The notes beneath the pieces are model-generated. The model was given only the letters and a program-made list of their open reading frames with translations, did not search any database and was not told where the DNA came from. This document shows positions 54,173 through 64,000 of a DNA stretch of 64,000 nucleotides, piece after piece; within the stretch, counting starts at the first letter, position 1; each line of letters begins with the position of its first letter. The position numbers were made by a program, and so were the translations under genes. Source of the DNA: Prasinococcaceae sp. CCMP 1430 (Eukaryota > Plantae > Prasinodermophyta); assembly GCA_013416795.1 (NCBI GenBank), contig RQSC01000018.1, positions 131,274 through 195,273 on the forward strand, written 5' to 3'.

Positions 54173-56380
54173 TTACTGGTACGTGCCCGCGCTCTGCTCG
54201 AGCTTGAGAACCTGCGCAGCGGCCTCCTTGTTAGCCGGCTCCACCTCAAGTGCCGCGCGGTAGTCCTCGAGTGCGCCCTCCAAGTTCCCCTGGTTGGAAC
54301 GCGCCGAGCCGCGGCGCAGGAGGGATTTGACACCCTGCGGCTCAATAGCGAGCGCCGCCGTGCAATCCTCCTCCGCCAACGCATACTCGCCCAGCTTGAT
54401 GCGTGCCATCGCGCGGTTGGACCACAGCACTGCGTGCATCTTGTCGGTCTCGATGGCCTTGGTGTACGCGTCCACAGCCCCAGCGTAGTCCTTCTTGCGA
54501 AATGCTGCATTGCCCTCGTTTTTGTGCTGCTTCCACACCGCAGCGGCGGCCTCCGCGGCCTCGGCGGCGGCCGCGGCCTCCGCGGCGGCTGCCTCCGCCT
54601 CCGCTGCTTGCTCCTCGTCGAACGCCAGCGTGGGCACCGGGCCGGCGCTCACCTGCGCAATCGCATCGGGCAGTGCGGCGTCGAATTCGAGCGCGCACAT
54701 GAGCAGTGACAGATCGGTGCCGGCGGCCGAGCTGAGCGAAATGGCAGGTACGCCACCCTCCACGAGCTCGATGGGCAGCACCACCTGTGGCACACCCGCG
54801 GCGCTCGCAAGGCACGAGCACGCCTGCGAGGGCGCCCAGTCGCCGGGCTTCACGCCATCCGCCAGGGGCGGCGGCGCGCCGAAGAGCGCGGGAAGCACGA
54901 GCACCGCGCCGTTCGCGAGCAAGCGGTCAACGTACGCCGCGGCCTCGGAGGTCACCTCGGTCGCCTTGTCGGCGGCATCTTTGGGGATGCGGCTGGAGGC
55001 GACAACACGCTCCATGACGCCGCGCGGAATGGCCCCCTGGTTGGCACGCAGCCACTCGTTGTGTGCCTCGAAAAACTCGAAGGCCTGGCGAGCGGCAGTC
55101 GCGCGTTGCACGCCAGCCATCGCACCATCGTCGCGCGACCACGGGGCGTGCGAAGGGACTTCTGCGGCCATCTCCTTCGCGAGGTTGATCTCAATCACCT
55201 CGGGCGACGTGACCACGTTGGCGGCAGCCGCGCGCACCGCCATGACGGTCGCGGCCGCCTTGGCCTTGGAGAACTGGTCGACGGCCACGATGATGCGCGA
55301 GGGGCTGACCTGCGGGCCACCGCGCGGCAGCGCTGCCTCGGCTGCCTTGGCGAGCTTCTTGACGTCATTCGAGAGGAAGGCGATCGCGTCAAGAGAGGGT
55401 GCCATCGGGACAACACCGGCAGTTGGGAGCGCGCCGGTCGTCACGCGCATGCAGCAGGCGCCGACTGACGCCGCAGCGATGCGCGCCGCGCCCGTCGTGT
55501 CGAGCGCGACTGCAAAGTCGACTAAGCCAGCGGCGGCCGCCACAGCCGGGCCATTCGCGGCCGGGCCAGAGAGCATGCCAGGGAAGCGCGGATTGGGCAG
55601 CTTGTGCCCCTGGCTGCTGCCAAGACCCAGTTCGCTCGTCACTGCGAGGCCCGTGCAGTGCGCCCCCGCCTGGCGGATCTTCTCTAAGACGCTGGCCGTT
55701 TCCGCCGCAGGCGTGTGCGAGAGCGCCCACGCGCGGTTTCCGAAGCCCGTCACCTCGCCCGCCACTGCTATCTGCTCGGACACCCAGTACCTCAGCCCGT
55801 GCAGCGGCCCAGGGGCGAGTGGAGGAGCCGGGGTGGGTGGCGGTGCGAGGTCGATCGCCTTCACAAGGCACGCACCCTCAACATCGTCTGACGCGCCAGC
55901 GCCATCTCCATCCGCAGCAGCCGCGCCATTGCTCGGCGGCTGCGCTGGCGCCTCCGGCGCATCGGCGTCCCCCTCCGCGCGCGCGACGGCGGCCTTCTGC
56001 GTCTTCTTCCCGCCCTTCGCCTTGCCCTTGCCCTTGCCCTTGCGTGCAAACGTCCACACGAGCGCGAGCACACCGGCGGCTGCGGCGGCGATCGCGCCTA
56101 TGACCGCAGGTTGTAGCCCTTCGTCGCCGGTGCCGGCAATCTCCGCTGCATCCCCCACCTCCTCGTCGGTACCGCCCTTCTCCGCCTCGGAGGCATCGAG
56201 AGCTTCCTCGGCAGGCGCAGCCTCAAGCTCCTCGTCGTCCGAAGCCTCGTCAACGTGCTCCGGGGCATCCTCGGCCAGCACGCTGTCTGCCGCTGGCGCC
56301 CCGCCATCGATCGGCTGCGCAGCCGGCGGGGCGGCCGCCGCCGCTACCGCCGCGCCTTCGGCGCCATCGGCGGCGCACAT
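54173..56380 (-). CDS. TOC64: TOC64/OM64 outer-envelope receptor (TM + degenerate amidase + C-terminal TPRs) with an acidic N-terminal extension
   Basis: TM AVIGAIAAAAAGVLALVWTFA, amidase-like GPLHGL..TGFGN..AAETA..AVAAAAGLVDFAVALDTTG, TPRs KNEGNAAFRKKDYAGAVDAYTKAI..VLWSNRAMA..KSLLRRG. Confidence 0.88.
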   Translation of the reverse strand: MCAADGAEGAAVAAAAAPPAAQPIDGGAPAADSVLAEDAPEHVDEASDDEELEAAPAEEALDASEAEKGGTDEEVGDAAEIAGTGDEGLQPAVIGAIAAAAAGVLALVWTFARKGKGKGKAKGGKKTQKAAVARAEGDADAPEAPAQPPSNGAAAADGDGAGASDDVEGACLVKAIDLAPPPTPAPPLAPGPLHGLRYWVSEQIAVAGEVTGFGNRAWALSHTPAAETASVLEKIRQAGAHCTGLAVTSELGLGSSQGHKLPNPRFPGMLSGPAANGPAVAAAAGLVDFAVALDTTGAARIAAASVGACCMRVTTGALPTAGVVPMAPSLDAIAFLSNDVKKLAKAAEAALPRGGPQVSPSRIIVAVDQFSKAKAAATVMAVRAAAANVVTSPEVIEINLAKEMAAEVPSHAPWSRDDGAMAGVQRATAARQAFEFFEAHNEWLRANQGAIPRGVMERVVASSRIPKDAADKATEVTSEAAAYVDRLLANGAVLVLPALFGAPPPLADGVKPGDWAPSQACSCLASAAGVPQVVLPIELVEGGVPAISLSSAAGTDLSLLMCALEFDAALPDAIAQVSAGPVPTLAFDEEQAAEAEAAAAEAAAAAEAAEAAAAVWKQHKNEGNAAFRKKDYAGAVDAYTKAIETDKMHAVLWSNRAMARIKLGEYALAEEDCTAALAIEPQGVKSLLRRGSARSNQGNLEGALEDYRAALEVEPANKEAAAQVLKLEQSAGTYQ

Positions 56381-56992
56381 CGCGCGCGTTTGTGCGCTGC
56401 GCCCGGGCGTACCGAGCCGCGCGTCTGAGCGCAACCCTGCGCGACGCGGACGGGCGACTGCGTTGGCGGAAAAAAGGACGGCAGGGGCGTCCGGACCGGG
56501 AGGGAGGGGGCGCGCCCGCCGCGCGCAGTGTGGCACCAGGGCGCGCTGCGTGCCGCGCCAGCTGCAGCTGCGCGCAGAAAAAAAGCCCTAATGCAAACGC
56601 CATCAATGTGCACGCGATCGCCTCTTCATCGAGGCTCCATACCATTCGGCAAATTGTTGGGCCATTTAACGCGACGAGAGATCAAATGTGTGAAATGAAA
56701 TGACTCGCAGGAAGCGCCACACAGCGCGCGGCGGGTCAGGCGGGCGCGCCTGTTGACGCGCGTGCGGCGGCGTAGGGGGGAGGGGTAGCGGCGGGATCCC
56801 GCTGCCCTGGCTGCGGCGGCGTGGCCGCGACTCGCGCGCGGTTCCGAGTGGACCTCGCGCCTGCACCCGTGGCGGGCGAAGAGCCAGAGACAGCTTTTTT
56901 TTTTTTTTTTGCTCGGGCCGGACCTCAGCGAACGGGGGTGAGGCAGGGCCTAGAGGCCGAGCCTCGTCACCCTTCGTGGCAGCACCTGGGCA

Positions 56993-59184
56993 ATGCAGGC
57001 GCCCGCGTCTAGCAAAGGCTTGCCCGAAGTGTCCGAAGAGGAGCTGATGACGATGGCGCCAGAAGATTTTTTTGACCAGCTGCTGTCCGACACGCCGGGC
57101 GCCCTGCTCGCGCAACCTACCCCCTTGACTTCTGAGCGTGCGCGGCCTGCAGCTGTGCCACGGAGTGACGACCTGCAGGCTGCCCAGGGGCGGTCGGCGA
57201 CTCACCCGCTCCGACACGGTTCCGGCCAGCTGGGCGAGCCCGCCGCAGTGGCAAGGGTTGGATCGCGTGAAGAGGAGTTCGCTGCCAGCGGAAGCGCTAC
57301 TCGCTTCCACGGCAGTGTCAGCGGTGAGCTTCAACTTGAGGCGCAAAGACTGGCGCGCGACGCTGGCATGTACGGAGCGTGGTCCGGGGACGGTGCGCAT
57401 CCGTCCGCAGTGCCTAGACGGGAGGTCCGTATGGCCATACCCGTCGCACAGCCCATCAAAGTAGCCGCAGACAACGACCCTTCCTCGCGCTCTCCAGCGA
57501 GTACCGCTCAACAGGCGCACGAAGAGCAGGGCACGCCTGCGGAGCTTCTGTCGTCGTATAACGAGGTTCGGGCAGCGCTCAAGCACACCCTTCACATCGG
57601 CGGCGCGAGCAGTGGCTCGCTTGGAGGTGGCTCGCAGTTCATGTCAGATGGCTCGCCCGTGCCATCTGGTTCGGGCGCCCGACAGCAGTCGACCGAGTCA
57701 GGTCGCGCAGCGGCTGCAGCTGCCATGGCTGCTGCCACCGCCGCCGCTCGTGAGCAACTTCTGCCGAGGCGGCCTTCGCGCAACTCCCCGTCCATACCAG
57801 CAGCGGCCGCAGTGTCGCATTCCGCGCAAAAGCCGCGGTCATCTGCTGCGCAGTACGAGAAAATGCGGCGGGATCAGATGAAGGAGCGCTTCGAGGCGCT
57901 CCGTGCAATGCTCGGCGAAGAGGCCCTTCAGAAAGACAAGATCTCGCTCCTCGACATGGCTAGGGAGCACATCACCTCGCTGGAGGCACAACTGGGCTCG
58001 CTGACGGCGCGGATGTCCACAGCCTCCGACGAGCAGGCGCGCCTTTCTCACCAGATCAACGAACTGACAGACCAGCTGCGTCAGGCACAGCTATCCGGCA
58101 TCACAGGGACGGGCGAAGTAGACACGCCTGACGCCACCGGAAGCAAGGCTCGCAAGGCTCGCACGATGGCCGAGGTAGACAAGCTCGTCGATGACGCCCT
58201 TCACGGGGATGCCAATGGACGTGGCGTGGCTCGAGACGTAGCCACGAACAGTGCCGCTGCAGCAGACAGCGTCGCCTCGCTGAAGGCGTCTGGTGGCGGC
58301 CTGAGCGGCGCCCATGCGCGCGTGTTCAAGCGCTCAGGCAAAAGCATTGATGAAGACGCCGCGAAAGCCGCAGCGCGCGCCGGAGTGTTCAAGCGCTCGG
58401 ACAGCTATCTTTGCTACAGAGAGGACGCTGCCGTGATCGAGATAGAAGAGGTGTCGGACGAAGAGCTCTTTTTCAAGGTGCAGGCCATCGACCGCCTCGG
58501 CGGCTTGCTACACGAGCTCACGAAGGTGCGACGGCGCTTTTCCCGGTCGATGAGGCTAGCGTCGTTATTTTGTAGACGCCCAGCGAGGTCGACGCGATGC
58601 TGCGCGAGTGATAGTCGATGCGCGCTCTGGCGTGCGCTGACTGACGCTCAAATCAGGTCGTGAAGGCCCTGCCGCTTCGGATCGTGTCTGCCGCGTACGT
58701 GTCTTCGGAGTTCCGCGGCACGCAACCTCCCCCCGCGCGAGGAGACACAACGGAGAACCCTTCTCCTGCAGAAAAGCCAACAGCACGCCCTGCCGGTGCC
58801 AGCAGAGCAATGAGCACCGACATCCAGGAGGAAGACGAAGCAGGCGCTAGCGGCGCTAAGAAGGACCTGCCTGGGATCCATGACGATGAATCTGGGCCTG
58901 TGGCATCTGCTGCTAAGGTGGTGCTGCGACTCAAGCGCGAAAGCGCGAGCTTTTCCAAGGCCCAGATGATGCAGCACCTGCAGTGTGTGCTCAACAGCGG
59001 AAATACCGCCGCAGAGGCCGACGCCGCCCTGGTGGGAAAGCGTGCACGCTGCACGCGCGTGGACACACTCGACGGCCAGAAGATGGCACTTTCGCCGTCT
59101 ACCTCCACCAGGTCAGCCTCGACGGACGAGACCGACCCCATTATGAGCGACACCACGCGGACGACCAGTGACGACAAACGGTAG
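56993..59184 (+). CDS. bHLH transcription factor with a C-terminal ACT-like domain, 2 exons
   Basis: EKMRRDQMKERFEALRAML..KDKISLLDMAREHITSLE plus zipper; VIEIEEVSDEELFFKVQAIDRLGGLLHELTK|VVKALPLRIVSA across intron 58525-58656. Confidence 0.85.
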
Positions 59185-60033
59185 TAGTAGCTCTAGTCGT
59201 TCTGCGACATTCCAAATTTGGCGTCCGCTGGCGAGGACATCCGCACCCCGTGGCAAGGCTTTAGCTTTTATCTCGCGCACCCCACCCCGCCCCCGCCCAC
59301 CTAGTAGCCTTCCACCTCAGCCTTTCACCGCTGCCTATTGGTCCCCCCCTTCGACCCCGGCCCCTTAGCTTCATAAGTTTCCCCACCTCTCGACGCACAT
59401 GCAAGCGCGCGCGCGCCGTCCGCCCGCACGTGCCTCGCATCCCTGGCCCGACCAAGCACGCGACGCGCCTGCTGCGCGTGACGTCCAGCGGCCCGGCACC
59501 CTGCGCGCGCCCCTGCTCCTCTAGCGGCGAGCTCCCGCTGCAGCGCCGTGCGCCCCACACCGGACTTCGATCGGCACTCCACCGCGTCAGTCCTTTCTTG
59601 TGGCCATTTCCGCATTTCGACATTCGGCAACCCGGCCGTCGGATGATGCTGCCGTCGCATGCATGGGATCCCGCTCGTCAATGTCATCTCCCGTGGCTAA
59701 GTTTGATCTACTAGGAGTAGAAGTATCACGTACGACAAGTCCGACCACCCGCCCGACTTTTATTTCATTTTGACCTTCCGCCTTCTCAAGCGCGGGCCCA
59801 TGCCTTGGATTGTTTTTTTTCTCCGCCTCTGCCTGCGCGCGCGCGTGCGCGCCACGCGCCGGTGGCAGTGCGCGTGGCGCAATGGTGTCAGAGTGCGCGC
59901 GGGGTGCGGCGGCGCGCGTGCCTGCGCCGGGGGGGCGCGGGCGTGCGGGCACGGCGCGATCTCGCGCGTGTGCGGGGTCGGGGTCGGGCTGGAGGCAGTG
60001 CGAGGGCGGTGGGGATTGCCGCGTCGGGAGCGA

Positions 60034-61377
60034 ATGAGCACCGCCGAGGCGATGGAGGCGGTCGGGGCTGCTGCGGCGCCCGGCAGCGCCCCCGCAGGTG
60101 CCGCGGACCCGCCCGAGTGCGCGCTCGCCGCTCTGGCGGGCGTCGCCCGTGGCGGCAGTGGCGAGCAGTGCGACCCCGGGCAGCCGCATCAACGGCCGCC
60201 AACACAGCAGTCAACTCTGCACGCAGATCAGCAGCAGCGGTCGCAGCAGCAGGAGCACCTCGAGCCGGGACAACGGTGGCAACAGCACCAGCATGACGAG
60301 GCCAGCGAAGGCGGGCAGGAGCCAGGCGGCGCCGCGTGCGGCGACAGCGGCGGTGCGCACGCGGGCGGCCACGCCAGCGCGGACGCTCGGGTGGACGTCA
60401 CTGCGAACGAAAATGGCGCACCCGCTGGTGGGATCAACGTCACTTCGGGGGCGCAGCCCGGGGCGGATGTGCCGGCGGCCGACGCCCACGTGCCCTCCGC
60501 GAGTCCAGCCGACGACGGCACGGCCGCCGTGCGGACCAGCTCCTGGGGCGCCAGCGCCGCGCCCGCTCCAAAGCGCATCCGCAGCGCCGACTCGCAGGGC
60601 TCGCCTGCGGTTGGGCCGCATGAGAGGGCCTCGCCTGCGAGCACCGCGAGGGTTGGAGGCGACGGCAAGGCCGCCGCCGCGTCCGCGCGCGCGGAAGGTC
60701 ACACGAACGCCGTGTCAGAGGACACGGGTACTGTGGGGCCGCCCGGAGGCGCGTCGGCCGGCGGCGGCGCGCTCAGCGCGCACGCGCGCGCGCTCAAGGC
60801 GCCCTTCGACGGGCACAGCATGCTCGTCGATACGGCAGCCGACGGGGTGGTGCGCGTTGCGTGGACGGAGATGCACGCAGCGCTCGAGGAGCGCTTGTGC
60901 CGCGTGCTCGACCTCTACCACGCGCGCGCGTCATCGTCCGCCAACCTGTGCGAGGGTCCACAGCTGCCCGTCCTGCCCGACGGGGAGCGCTTCGAGGAGA
61001 TGCGCGATCGTATGGTTGGCGCACTGCGCGCCTTCCAGCAGGGGCCGCCGTTCTCCATCCAGCGCCTTTGCGAGATCATGCTCGTGCCCACGCTGCACTA
61101 CTCTACGCTCTCAAAGCTTGTACTCGCGCTCGAGAAGTGCCTGCTGGTGACGACCATGATCAAGGTGGACGTGGGCGCGCCGCGGCCCCCACCAACGCTG
61201 GCCACGCGCGCGGGGGCCGGCGCCGCGCGGCCCGCGCCTGCGCCATCGCAACTTTGTCAGGCAGACTCACCGGCGCGCGAGGATGGCAACGCGTCTGACA
61301 CGGACGGAAGCGACGGCGCGCGCAGCGATGCTGCGACTGTCCCTTCGATCTTGGACGCGAGTGCCGAAGTGCGGTGA
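60034..61377 (+). CDS. PPP4R2: Protein phosphatase 4 regulatory subunit 2 homolog
   Basis: FEEMRDRMVGALRAFQQGPPFSIQRLCEIMLVPTLHY..KLVLALEKCLLVTT. Confidence 0.85.
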   Translation: MSTAEAMEAVGAAAAPGSAPAGAADPPECALAALAGVARGGSGEQCDPGQPHQRPPTQQSTLHADQQQRSQQQEHLEPGQRWQQHQHDEASEGGQEPGGAACGDSGGAHAGGHASADARVDVTANENGAPAGGINVTSGAQPGADVPAADAHVPSASPADDGTAAVRTSSWGASAAPAPKRIRSADSQGSPAVGPHERASPASTARVGGDGKAAAASARAEGHTNAVSEDTGTVGPPGGASAGGGALSAHARALKAPFDGHSMLVDTAADGVVRVAWTEMHAALEERLCRVLDLYHARASSSANLCEGPQLPVLPDGERFEEMRDRMVGALRAFQQGPPFSIQRLCEIMLVPTLHYSTLSKLVLALEKCLLVTTMIKVDVGAPRPPPTLATRAGAGAARPAPAPSQLCQADSPAREDGNASDTDGSDGARSDAATVPSILDASAEVR

Positions 61378-61631
61378 CGGACTCGGGCCCACGTGAGCTG
61401 CCTCTATTCGACGCGGCGCACTCATGCGCTGGCGGCGCCTCGTTGGACGCTCGACAGGCTGCCGCAAGACGCGCGCGCACGATAATACGATGTCTGGGAG
61501 ACCACGAGCAGCCCGTGTGCCGCGCCGCCACAGCGCGGACCCTGAGATGCGCGCGCGCCGGGCAGCGCGGCCCTCTGCGCGGCGCGCCGATGCGCACCGA
61601 TGGCGACGTGGGAAACGGTAGAGCCTCGCTA

Positions 61632-63392
61632 CTACCTGTTGACGTTATCGCTGGCGGTCAGTTGGATTGCTCCGACACCACCGTGTGCAGCACTCGCGTG
61701 CTGCGTATGGCTGGGCTTGCGGCTTAGCAACGGCCGCGCCCCGGGCACCTCCCGGATTACCACCACGCTGACGTTGTCGCGCGAGCGCATGGCGCGGGCG
61801 TGGCCCATGAGATTGGCGGCGCCGACAGCCGCGCTGACACCCACATCAGCGTCCTGCGCGGCCGCCGCGTCGTTCGCCTCGCTTTGCACGGTCGCTGACG
61901 ACGCGCTGGCGCCCGCGAGCTTCCAGGGTAGCGTCGCGATGGACACAGCCTGTTCGGGCGTGGTCACGTCCCACAGGCCATCGGAAGCGACCACCAGTAC
62001 GTCGCCGGGCCCAACGAGCGCGGTCGGATCCGACACGCTCGGTTCTGCTGACAGCCCCACGTCCTCGCTCTTGAGGTACCCGTCCCCGAGGACGCGGCTC
62101 ACCGCCAGACCATATAGCCGCCGCTCGCCATCGCGCAAAGAAACGCCCGCCTCGGCGAGCCGCTGCCGCTCACCCTCCGCCAAGAGGGTGTGGTCGGACG
62201 TCAGGATCACACAAGCGCAGTTTGCGCTCGCGGCTCCGTCGGCGCTCGCTCGTGCGCCGCCCTCGATGCCGCCGCCAGCACTGCCGTTTGCCGTCGCGGA
62301 CAAAGCCTCCCCAGCACCGACGGACCCAAGGACCGCGGCACTGTCTCCCACGTTTGCGATTTGTACGACGGCGCGCTGTTGTTTGCGCCTAGTGTCGCGC
62401 CACGTGAGCACGACAGTAGCGGTGCATCCCTCGTGATCGCACTTGTGCTCGTGCAGGACGGCCCTCTCCGCCTCTGCAAACGCTTCTCGCAGCAGCCCTG
62501 CCGCATCGCAGTCGCGCAGCACCTGCCGCCTCCGCGCCGGCGCCTGCAGCATGCGCGAGAGCACCTCCGGGAACGCGGCGGCGGCGCGCGTCGCCGCGAG
62601 CACGCCGCAGTGCCCGTCGAAGACGCCAAAGAGGCCGAACTCCGGGCAGCCGCGCAGCGGGGACTCGGAGACGACAACGTCCTCCATCGCGCGCTGGTTG
62701 CCTCCGGAACCCCCATCGCCCGAACCCCTGCGCCGCGCATCGCCCGGGAGTACGCTGGCGGCCTGCCGCACCGACGCGTGCAGTCGCGGCGCGTGGGCCG
62801 CAGCGCCGTCGCCTAATATCCTGACGAGCACCCGCACGCGCGCGCAGAGCGTGAGCACGTCGCCGTGCGCGAGCGCCACCGACGCCCCTGCGCTGCGATT
62901 CTCCGGCGCCGACACGCCCGCGCCGTTGAGCAGCGTGCCGTTGAGGCTGCCGCGGTCGCGCACCATCCAGGCCCCTGCGGCCTCATGCCACTGCACCTCG
63001 AGGTGTCGGCTCGAAACGCCATGGTCCTCGATCCCCAGCCAGCCGCACTGCGTGACGTCCTCGGCCTCCGTCCCCGCGCGTCCCACGACGACCAAGCCCG
63101 CACTACCTCTGCCAGCCGACGAACGCGAGCCCGCGCCGCACACCACGCTCGGCGCGCCCGCGTCGCCGCCGGCCTTGTCGTCCGCGCCCAGCACCTCAAG
63201 CCGCAGCTCGCTCCACCCCTTGCGCGCCGGCGCGTTGGCCGGCGCCCCGCCGGCAGACCCCCTGCGCGCGCGAGCTAGCGCCCTCGCCGCCGCCGCCGCG
63301 GCGNTCCGCCCGGCCGGCCGGCGCCGCCCCGCACCCCCTCTTTCGCGCCGGGGAGAAACGGGCGCGCCCGCGCGCGCTCCGCCCGTTCTGTG
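61632..63392 (-). CDS. KAPP: FHA + PP2C phosphatase, KAPP-like (5' end/exon structure unresolved; ORF open to 63716; single N at 63304)
   Basis: FHA: VVVGR..DHGVSSRH..WMVRDRGSLNGTLLNG. PP2C: MEDVV, FGVFDGHCG, GCTATVV, ANVGDSAAVL, LAVSRVLGD, VVASDGLWD, SRDNVSVVVI. Confidence 0.88.
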   Translation of the reverse strand, partial: HRTGGARAGAPVSPRRERGGAGRRRPAGRXAAAAAARALARARRGSAGGAPANAPARKGWSELRLEVLGADDKAGGDAGAPSVVCGAGSRSSAGRGSAGLVVVGRAGTEAEDVTQCGWLGIEDHGVSSRHLEVQWHEAAGAWMVRDRGSLNGTLLNGAGVSAPENRSAGASVALAHGDVLTLCARVRVLVRILGDGAAAHAPRLHASVRQAASVLPGDARRRGSGDGGSGGNQRAMEDVVVSESPLRGCPEFGLFGVFDGHCGVLAATRAAAAFPEVLSRMLQAPARRRQVLRDCDAAGLLREAFAEAERAVLHEHKCDHEGCTATVVLTWRDTRRKQQRAVVQIANVGDSAAVLGSVGAGEALSATANGSAGGGIEGGARASADGAASANCACVILTSDHTLLAEGERQRLAEAGVSLRDGERRLYGLAVSRVLGDGYLKSEDVGLSAEPSVSDPTALVGPGDVLVVASDGLWDVTTPEQAVSIATLPWKLAGASASSATVQSEANDAAAAQDADVGVSAAVGAANLMGHARAMRSRDNVSVVVIREVPGARPLLSRKPSHTQHASAAHGGVGAIQLTASDNVNR

Positions 63393-64000
63393 AAAAAAAT
63401 AGACCCCCCAAAACATCCCAGAGGAAGGGCCCGCGCCCGCCCGCCACGCCGCGCGCGGCCGAGGCGCCTTTCCGTCCGCGGTTCCGCAGCCATCAGTCAT
63501 TTGCTCGGTCAATCGCATGCGCTCTCCGTCCCTCACTCCACCCATCAACAATCGGTCGGTCGGTCGGTAGGTAGGTCGGCTGACGCGATGCGCTGCTGGA
63601 CGCAGGAGGAGGGCAAAATCAACGCAACCGAACCAACAACGGACGGACATGCAGGCTTTTTTGGTTTCCCCCGCTTTTTTTTTTTTGCTGGTGCGTGCGA
63701 TTGTAGCAACGGGCAAATATGTGACTGCCCGCGTGCACAGGCACGTGTATCGGATATGAATATACTGTACAGTATGTGCGATCAGTACAAAACAGGGTGA
63801 ACCCTATACCTCACCCGAAACTGAAACCTAAACCTCCGGCGGGGCCGCGCGCGGGGTTTCGCCGGGGCCGTCTGTCCGCGCGGCGGCTCGCGGAGACGAT
63901 CAGAGCGAATGTGGTTCTGGATTGCACACGGGCGAGCTCGGATGCGCCTTTCGAATTCGATGCGTTCTGATGGTTCATCACTAGTACTACAGTACTCTTT

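Noticed and set aside
8421-58656. Introns as possible introner elements
   Set aside because: Introns share only the GTGCG donor and CTGAC/CTAAC-like branch consensus. I saw no extended mutual similarity or shared terminal repeats among them.
40-63970. Hundreds of long Arg/Ala/Pro/Gly-rich ORFs, including antisense ORFs such as 3141..5702(-), 5718..7727(-), 54495..56591(+) and 40..1605(-)
   Set aside because: These are shadow ORFs expected in very GC-rich DNA with biased codons (few stops in antisense frames). They have no recognisable domains and overlap well-supported genes.
1-64000. tRNA, rRNA, CRISPR or transposase/retroelement genes
   Set aside because: No cloverleaf, rRNA-like, repeat-spacer, transposase, RT or integrase motifs were recognised by eye. 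Small ncRNAs cannot be excluded without tRNAscan/Infernal.

Overview
Very GC-rich, gene-dense eukaryotic nuclear DNA from a green-lineage alga. The green-lineage evidence is TOC64/OM64, PPD6, SLP1, FAD2, a GCK-domain protein and KAPP. Short GT(GCG)-AG introns and IFT57 suggest a prasinophyte-grade organism; the species cannot be determined from sequence alone. About 30 protein-coding genes can be supported, mostly housekeeping: GPI, MLH1, HIRA, FAD2, GPR89/GTG, ATG18, TAD2, SEM1, IFT57, an OTU protease, IAH1, TOC64, a bHLH factor, PPP4R2 and KAPP. There are three N-gaps. No rRNA, tRNA, CRISPR array or transposon was recognised. Standout observations: (1) a seamless single-exon fusion of a full-length bacterial-type monomeric isocitrate dehydrogenase to a full-length mitochondrial-type aconitase, i.e. 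two consecutive TCA steps in one ~1500-aa protein; (2) a protein combining an intact AlkB (ALKBH2/3-like) dioxygenase, a mono-CXXC Zn finger and a divergent SRA/YDG domain, a candidate reader-eraser of DNA base modifications, next to HIRA; (3) a channel with the HCN-type SHMLCIGYG pore but no cyclic-nucleotide-binding domain; (4) intron-containing bacterial-type genes (HTTM domain, AI-2E transporter) and an ERp18/TXNDC12-like thioredoxin; (5) a 7-bp tandem duplication that frameshifts ATG18; (6) a long run of strictly alternating gene orientation with telomere-like motifs in the divergent promoters. Domain calls come from manual motif recognition, not database searches.
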